From a virus, in the IMG/VR virus record IMGVR_UViG_3300027708_000021: a DNA stretch of 64,000 nt. One strand, 5' to 3'. Shown here one piece after another: positions 59,601-64,000 of this stretch (positions are counted from its first letter, which is position 1; each line of letters starts with the position of its first letter). Under the pieces are notes generated by a model. The model ran no database searches. It had not been told where the DNA came from and saw only the letters and a list, made by a program, of their open reading frames with translations. The position numbers and the translations under genes were made by a program.

Positions 59601-61982
59601 GCTACATCATCAGGTACATTATGGACTTGGGGTAATAATAGTTTTGGGCAATTAGGACTTAATGATACCACACACCGTTCAAGCCCAGTTCAAGTAGGTG
59701 CGTTGACCACTTGGACACAAGTCTCCTGTGGATATTATGTTACAGCGGCTATACAAAACAACAGTACATTATGGATTTGGGGTTATAATAATCTTGGCCA
59801 ATTAGGACTTAATGATCTTACCAATAGAAGTAGTCCAGTACAGATAGGCGCACTTAGTACATGGACTCAAGTTTCTGCTGGATATCGTGTTACTGCTGGA
59901 CTAACAGCGCCAGGAATACTATATGCGTGGGGTAATAATAACAACGGGCAATTGGGACTTAACACTACTATTGGTGTATCAACACCTGTACAAGTAGGAA
60001 CATCAAGTACATGGACTAGTGTTACTAGCTCGTCGCAAGAGACATTGGCTATACAAAATAATGGCACATTATATGCGTGGGGATTGAATAGTTTTGGTCA
60101 GTTAGGCTTGTATAATCCGGCAGCATATTCAATTACCAATTACCCTAGTCAGTTCAGCACAGGAAATTATAAAAAAGTTACTACCAGCTATACCCAGAGC
60201 TATTTCCAAAAAACCGCGGATAATACCATAGTTCAGACTGGCACAGCAGATATACCCACTATAGATACCACTAACAGTATAGCTTGGTCAAGTTATGATA
60301 CAGGAGCTTATCATTTTGTTGGAGTACAAACCAATGGTACCGCTTGGAGTATAGGCGACAATAGTTATGGTCAACTGGGCCTTAATACTACAACAAGTAG
60401 TTACTCATCATTGACTCAGATCGGGTCTGGTTCCAACTGGGCAAGAGCCATAGCCGCTGATTACGGAAGTATGTTGATTGACAACAGCAATAATGCTTGG
60501 GTGTTTGGCAATAACAGTCAGTATCAACTGGGGTTAAGCGATCAAACCAACAGATCAAGTCCAGTACAGATTGCCTATATCACTGGTATTAGAAATGCAG
60601 CCATGGACAACAGTAACGTTTGGATGATCGATGGCAACAATAATCTCTGGGGCGGTGGTGCGTATAATGTCAGAGTAGCTATTAATACTTTACCAAATGT
60701 ATCAACACCTAGCCAAGCACCATTGAGTAACTGGACTACAGTGGTTGCCACGCAATATTCCACTCTTGGCATACAAAGCAATGGTACACTATGGTCATGG
60801 GGCAATAACAGTTATGGTCAATTAGGACAAGGAAATTTAACAAATCTTTCTACTCCTGTACAAGTTGGTGCCCTGAGTACCTGGACTAAGATTTCTGGTG
60901 TGGTTTCCACTGTTGCTATACAAACCAATGGCACATTATGGTCTTGGGGATTGAATAACGTTGGCCAATTAGGCAGTAGCAATACAACTAATAGAAGCAG
61001 TCCAGTACAGGTAGGAGCATTGAGTGTTTGGACACAAATTGCCTGCGGATATGCTCATACCGCATCTGTACAAACTAATGGTACGTTGTGGAGTTGGGGA
61101 GCCAATTCGTTTGGTCAATTAGGACTTAACGACGTGACAATTCGTTTAAGTCCAGTACAAGTGGGCGCATTGAGTGTATGGACTCGAGTGGCTAGTGGAG
61201 CTGCGCAAACTGCGGCATTACAGACTAATGGTACATTATGGGCCTGGGGTAATAACAGTTTTGGTCAGTTAGGTCTCAACGATGTGACACATCGTTCTAG
61301 TCCGGTACAAGTAGGTTCGTTAAGCACATGGACTCAAATTTCTTCTGCGCTTTCAGGTTATGCCACTGCAGCCATACAAACTCCTGGCACATTATGGATG
61401 TGGGGACTTAACACTTATGGACAATTAGGTTTAAATGATATAACCAATCGTTCTAGTCCAGTACAGGTAGGCGCACTTAGTACATGGGCCCGTGTTGCCT
61501 GCGGATATCAACACACTTTATCTGCGCTGAGTGATGGTACATTATATGTGTGGGGTAATAACAGCTACGGACAATTAGGTCTTAGTAATTCGACTAACAG
61601 AAGTAGTCCGGTACAATTAGGATCAACAAGTACATGGGCTCAGATCTCTGGTGGATATTTTCACACTACCGGAATACAAACTCCAGGTACATTGTACACT
61701 TGGGGTTATAATTTATTTGGGCAATTAGGTTTACCTGCTGTTCAATTTCCAAGACAACAGTTTGCCAGCAACTTATGGAACAATGCGGCTACCAATCAGG
61801 ATACTACATTATTAGTTTCTGTGAATAGTATAGTATATGGATTTGGAGTTAACAGCTATGGACAGTTAGGCATCAATACTTCTGGAGCTCCTTATCAATC
61901 TAGCCCCATACAAATTGGCTTTATAAATACTACAACAAAGGTAGAGACCAAAGCTGGTTCTTCTATAATATTATTTAAATGA
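56622..61982 (+). CDS. Giant RCC1/BLIP-II repeat protein, ~35 repeats (five propellers predicted)
   Basis: Hand count of 35 blades including degenerate ones; TAATG coupling to the fibre gene. Confidence 0.9.
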   Translation: MPFNQDNSDISTYFSKITDYSGWTNYSSAQVIGNNSYGQLGLNTRTNYSSPVVVTQSTNPTWLDAAYVRSGLGLALVNQNNQPFYSGVAFSDTTNRSSPVQVSAVSNWTQVACGYAHTAALQNNGTWWTWGINSYGQLGLSNTTNRSSPIQVGTLNSWTQVSCGYMYTTAIISPGILYACGYNSSGQLGLNTSTTAISSPVQLGLGLAALWNQVSAGVQSALAIQSNGTLWSWGNNSYGQLGLSNITHRSSPVQVGAINYWTQVAAGYYHVAAIQSPGTLWTWGQNNFGQLGNNSITNQSSPIQISYPLLGLASWRSLGSFFGWHQLGIQTNGTLWAWGWNVTGQLGLSNTTARSSPVQVGTLSTWTQVAGGGLNNGFTIAIQTPGTLWAWGNDGYGQLGLNTTTNYSSPVQVGALTNWTRIAVGAAYYTTVIQSNGTLWSWGNNSFGQLGVSNSTHYSSPVQVGALSVWTQVACGYSHTVAIQTNGTLWSWGANTRGQLGLNTTTINLYSPVQVGALSTWTQISCGYYHTLALQTPGTLWAWGLGLTGQLGNNSTIIQISPVQIGALSNWTRVSGVATASFAIQTPGTLWAWGANSTGQLGLNTTVGVFSPVQVGSLSNWTQAGGISLLSAWGLVSPGVLYEWGNNSYGQLGANTAATNPVSSPVLIYSATIPGTWNRVACGYGHTVAIQSNGSLWSWGINNYGQLGLGDTVNRSSLIQIGSASAWTQVSAGVNQIYALQSPGTLWACGYNGFGQLGNNSVFNVSSLVQVGTINYWTQVVGGGDSAFGIQSPGTLWAWGNNSYGQLGFSDQTNRSSPVQVGPLSIWTQVSAGNNFAIAAQSNGTLWAWGLNSQGQLGLNTTVGVSSPVQVGTLSIWTRVAAGFYSSYSIQTSGTLYSYGFNSLGELGQGDTTNRSSPLQIGSGLWTQVSAGYQHAAAIQSPGTLWSWGNDGYGQLGLGTIINRSSPTQIGASSIWTQVSCGQLNTVAIQRYGATSSGTLWTWGNNSFGQLGLNDTTHRSSPVQVGALTTWTQVSCGYYVTAAIQNNSTLWIWGYNNLGQLGLNDLTNRSSPVQIGALSTWTQVSAGYRVTAGLTAPGILYAWGNNNNGQLGLNTTIGVSTPVQVGTSSTWTSVTSSSQETLAIQNNGTLYAWGLNSFGQLGLYNPAAYSITNYPSQFSTGNYKKVTTSYTQSYFQKTADNTIVQTGTADIPTIDTTNSIAWSSYDTGAYHFVGVQTNGTAWSIGDNSYGQLGLNTTTSSYSSLTQIGSGSNWARAIAADYGSMLIDNSNNAWVFGNNSQYQLGLSDQTNRSSPVQIAYITGIRNAAMDNSNVWMIDGNNNLWGGGAYNVRVAINTLPNVSTPSQAPLSNWTTVVATQYSTLGIQSNGTLWSWGNNSYGQLGQGNLTNLSTPVQVGALSTWTKISGVVSTVAIQTNGTLWSWGLNNVGQLGSSNTTNRSSPVQVGALSVWTQIACGYAHTASVQTNGTLWSWGANSFGQLGLNDVTIRLSPVQVGALSVWTRVASGAAQTAALQTNGTLWAWGNNSFGQLGLNDVTHRSSPVQVGSLSTWTQISSALSGYATAAIQTPGTLWMWGLNTYGQLGLNDITNRSSPVQVGALSTWARVACGYQHTLSALSDGTLYVWGNNSYGQLGLSNSTNRSSPVQLGSTSTWAQISGGYFHTTGIQTPGTLYTWGYNLFGQLGLPAVQFPRQQFASNLWNNAATNQDTTLLVSVNSIVYGFGVNSYGQLGINTSGAPYQSSPIQIGFINTTTKVETKAGSSIILFK

Positions 61983-63472
61983 CCTCAAGCAATTATCTTA
62001 ATAATGCTGTTGATCTGGACAGCACATACATAGTTAACAATGATCCTAACTATCAAGGTATCCAGTCGGCGGTTACAAGTAGAAAGACTGTGATGTTTGG
62101 TCAGCAGATATTATCACAGACATATCCCATAGGCAATCTTAATAATGCTATCAACTATGCTCAATCTATACCCAGTCCAATAGTTGACCAAGACTCTGTT
62201 AATATTACTGGAGTAACACCTACTGCTGTATTTTATCGAAGTCGCGCCAACACCAGTCAAAGCACAGTAAGAGGAAATTTTAATCTACTAGAAAATATTC
62301 CGCAGACTACACCCTGGCAGACCACTCCCTCGCTGGGAAATTCCAGTACGCCAGTACAGTCAGGTTCTACGGCCAGTAACTGGAGTCAAATTGCATCTAA
62401 TTACCAGAGCGGCAGTGGCGGCGCCCCGGGGCTGGCTCCTGCGCTTGCACTTCAAAGCAATGGCACATTATGGGGTAGCGGATATAATAGCCGAGGCGCA
62501 TTGGGAAATAATTCTACTTCTGATTCAACTTTTTTCCAGCAAGTAATTGGACCCAACGCAACAGGTCCGATTAATTCTTGGTCTCAGGTTGTTGGTAGTA
62601 AGTGGGTATTGGCCATACAAAGTAATGGCACACTATGGTCATGGGGCTATAATCTTGCCGGCGAGTGCGGCCTCGGTACTGCCAATAATTCTTTCTCCAG
62701 TCCAGTACAAATAGGCACATCGCTTTGGTCTAAAATTGCTTGTGGTTACTCGTCTAATTTGGCCATACAAACTAATGGCACATTGTGGGCTTGGGGTCAG
62801 CAAAGATACGGACAATTGGGAAATGGGTCAACTGTTATAGGTAGTCTTAGTAGTCCAGTACAAATAGGCATTCAAAGTTATTGGGTCAATGTGGCCAATG
62901 GAAGTAGAAATAGTTTTATGTTTCAAAACAATGGCGTACTATGGGGTTCGGGAGATAATATTTTTGGAGCATTGGGAAATAATACCACTACCAGTTTTTC
63001 TACCCCCGTACAGGTAAGCACAATTAGTAATTGGAGTCAAGCAGCTTGCGGGTATAACTTTAGTGTAGCATTGCAAAGTAATGGCACGCTGTGGACGTGG
63101 GGTAATAATAGTTTTGGTCAGTTGGGTCAAAGCGATCTAATAAATCGCTCCAGTACAACACAAGTAGGCTCACTGAGTACATGGGTACAGATTGCCTGCG
63201 GCTATAGTCATGCTGTGGCTGTTCAAAGCAATGGCACAATATGGGCATGGGGCAATAATAGTTTTGGTCAGTTGGGTCTAAGTGATGTGACGCATCGTTC
63301 AAGTCCAGTACAGGTGGGTGCGCTGAGTGCGTGGACTCGTGTTGCTTGTGGAGGATATTATACTCTAGCTGTAAACAATGGTGTAATATATGGGTGGGGG
63401 AATAACTCTGCTGGTCAGTTTGGGCTTACTCCCACGGCAAATTCAGTAACTAAAGTAACATATGGATTATAA
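61979..63472 (+). CDS. RCC1-repeat protein: N-terminal domain plus 7 repeats
   Basis: Seven '[ST/N]NG.[LI][WY]..G' repeats; ATGA coupling. Confidence 0.88.
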   Translation: MTSSNYLNNAVDLDSTYIVNNDPNYQGIQSAVTSRKTVMFGQQILSQTYPIGNLNNAINYAQSIPSPIVDQDSVNITGVTPTAVFYRSRANTSQSTVRGNFNLLENIPQTTPWQTTPSLGNSSTPVQSGSTASNWSQIASNYQSGSGGAPGLAPALALQSNGTLWGSGYNSRGALGNNSTSDSTFFQQVIGPNATGPINSWSQVVGSKWVLAIQSNGTLWSWGYNLAGECGLGTANNSFSSPVQIGTSLWSKIACGYSSNLAIQTNGTLWAWGQQRYGQLGNGSTVIGSLSSPVQIGIQSYWVNVANGSRNSFMFQNNGVLWGSGDNIFGALGNNTTTSFSTPVQVSTISNWSQAACGYNFSVALQSNGTLWTWGNNSFGQLGQSDLINRSSTTQVGSLSTWVQIACGYSHAVAVQSNGTIWAWGNNSFGQLGLSDVTHRSSPVQVGALSAWTRVACGGYYTLAVNNGVIYGWGNNSAGQFGLTPTANSVTKVTYGL

Positions 63473-63476
63473 TTAA

Positions 63477-64000
63477 ATGGCAGATTTCGCATACGGCTTT
63501 AGACAAAATACCAATTATGTTATCACAAGTAACACGATGTATGAGATTGGTCGCAATTATAGATTTAATCAATCTGTGCCCTGCCAGACAGCTAATCAGG
63601 CAAATTACTGGACTCAGGTTTCCACCGGCAGTCAATATGCTTTAGGAATAGAAAGTCCAGGAACATTGTGGTCTTGGGGAAATAACAGTTTTGGTCAATT
63701 AGGGTTAAACACATCAACAGGTAACTTTTCTACTCCTATACAAGTGGGTACATCGAGTCTATGGACACAAATTTCAGCTGGCCCTCAGTTTGCTCTAGCT
63801 ATCCAAACACCTGGCACATTGTGGTCGTGGGGGAATAATACCCAAGGACAGTTAGGGCAGAGTAACACTACTAACTATAGTAGCCCAATCCAAGTAGGTA
63901 CGACATCAACTTGGACTAGAGTGGCTTGTGGATATTATCACGCTGTAGCTTTACAAGCGAATGGTTCATTATGGACTTGGGGTAATAACAGTTACGGTCA
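63477..64000 (+). CDS. RCC1-repeat protein, 3'-truncated, missing from the ORF track
   Basis: MADFAYGFRQ...[33 protein letters not shown]...; frame is open to the end of the window. Confidence 0.88.
   Translation, partial: MADFAYGFRQNTNYVITSNTMYEIGRNYRFNQSVPCQTANQANYWTQVSTGSQYALGIESPGTLWSWGNNSFGQLGLNTSTGNFSTPIQVGTSSLWTQISAGPQFALAIQTPGTLWSWGNNTQGQLGQSNTTNYSSPIQVGTTSTWTRVACGYYHAVALQANGSLWTWGNNSYG

Noticed and set aside
19972-64000. Regular ~150-bp periodicity resembling a CRISPR array
   Set aside because: These are protein-coding RCC1 repeats with synonymous variation; no constant repeat/unique spacer structure and no cas genes.
1-64000. Stop-codon reassignment, as in some large phages
   Set aside because: Core genes are intact under code 11, and TAA, TGA and TAG all appear as plausible stops.

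Overview
64 kb of a large T4-like dsDNA phage genome, almost all on the + strand; probably an uncultured aquatic phage (inference). It opens with the 3' end of a lysozyme-bearing, tape-measure-like gene and the head module (portal, acidic core proteins, prohead protease, scaffold, major capsid protein), followed by a free-standing HNH/NUMOD3 homing endonuclease. The remaining ~55 kb encodes mostly putative virion-surface proteins: (i) six paralogous adhesin-like genes built from Ig-like (He_PIG-type) and polyglycine-rich domains, one frameshifted; (ii) four RCC1/BLIP-II repeat proteins, two with repeat counts suggesting nested or branched 7-bladed propellers; (iii) many Gly/Asn/Thr-rich fibre proteins, one ending in a peptidase S74 chaperone. 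Three 2OG-Fe(II) oxygenases and a TPR-glycosyltransferase lie among the structural genes, three of the four on the opposite strand. This suggests a phage-encoded system for modifying (hydroxylating/glycosylating) virion proteins. TAAATA late-promoter motifs precede most structural genes. All calls are motif recognition by eye; no searches were run.
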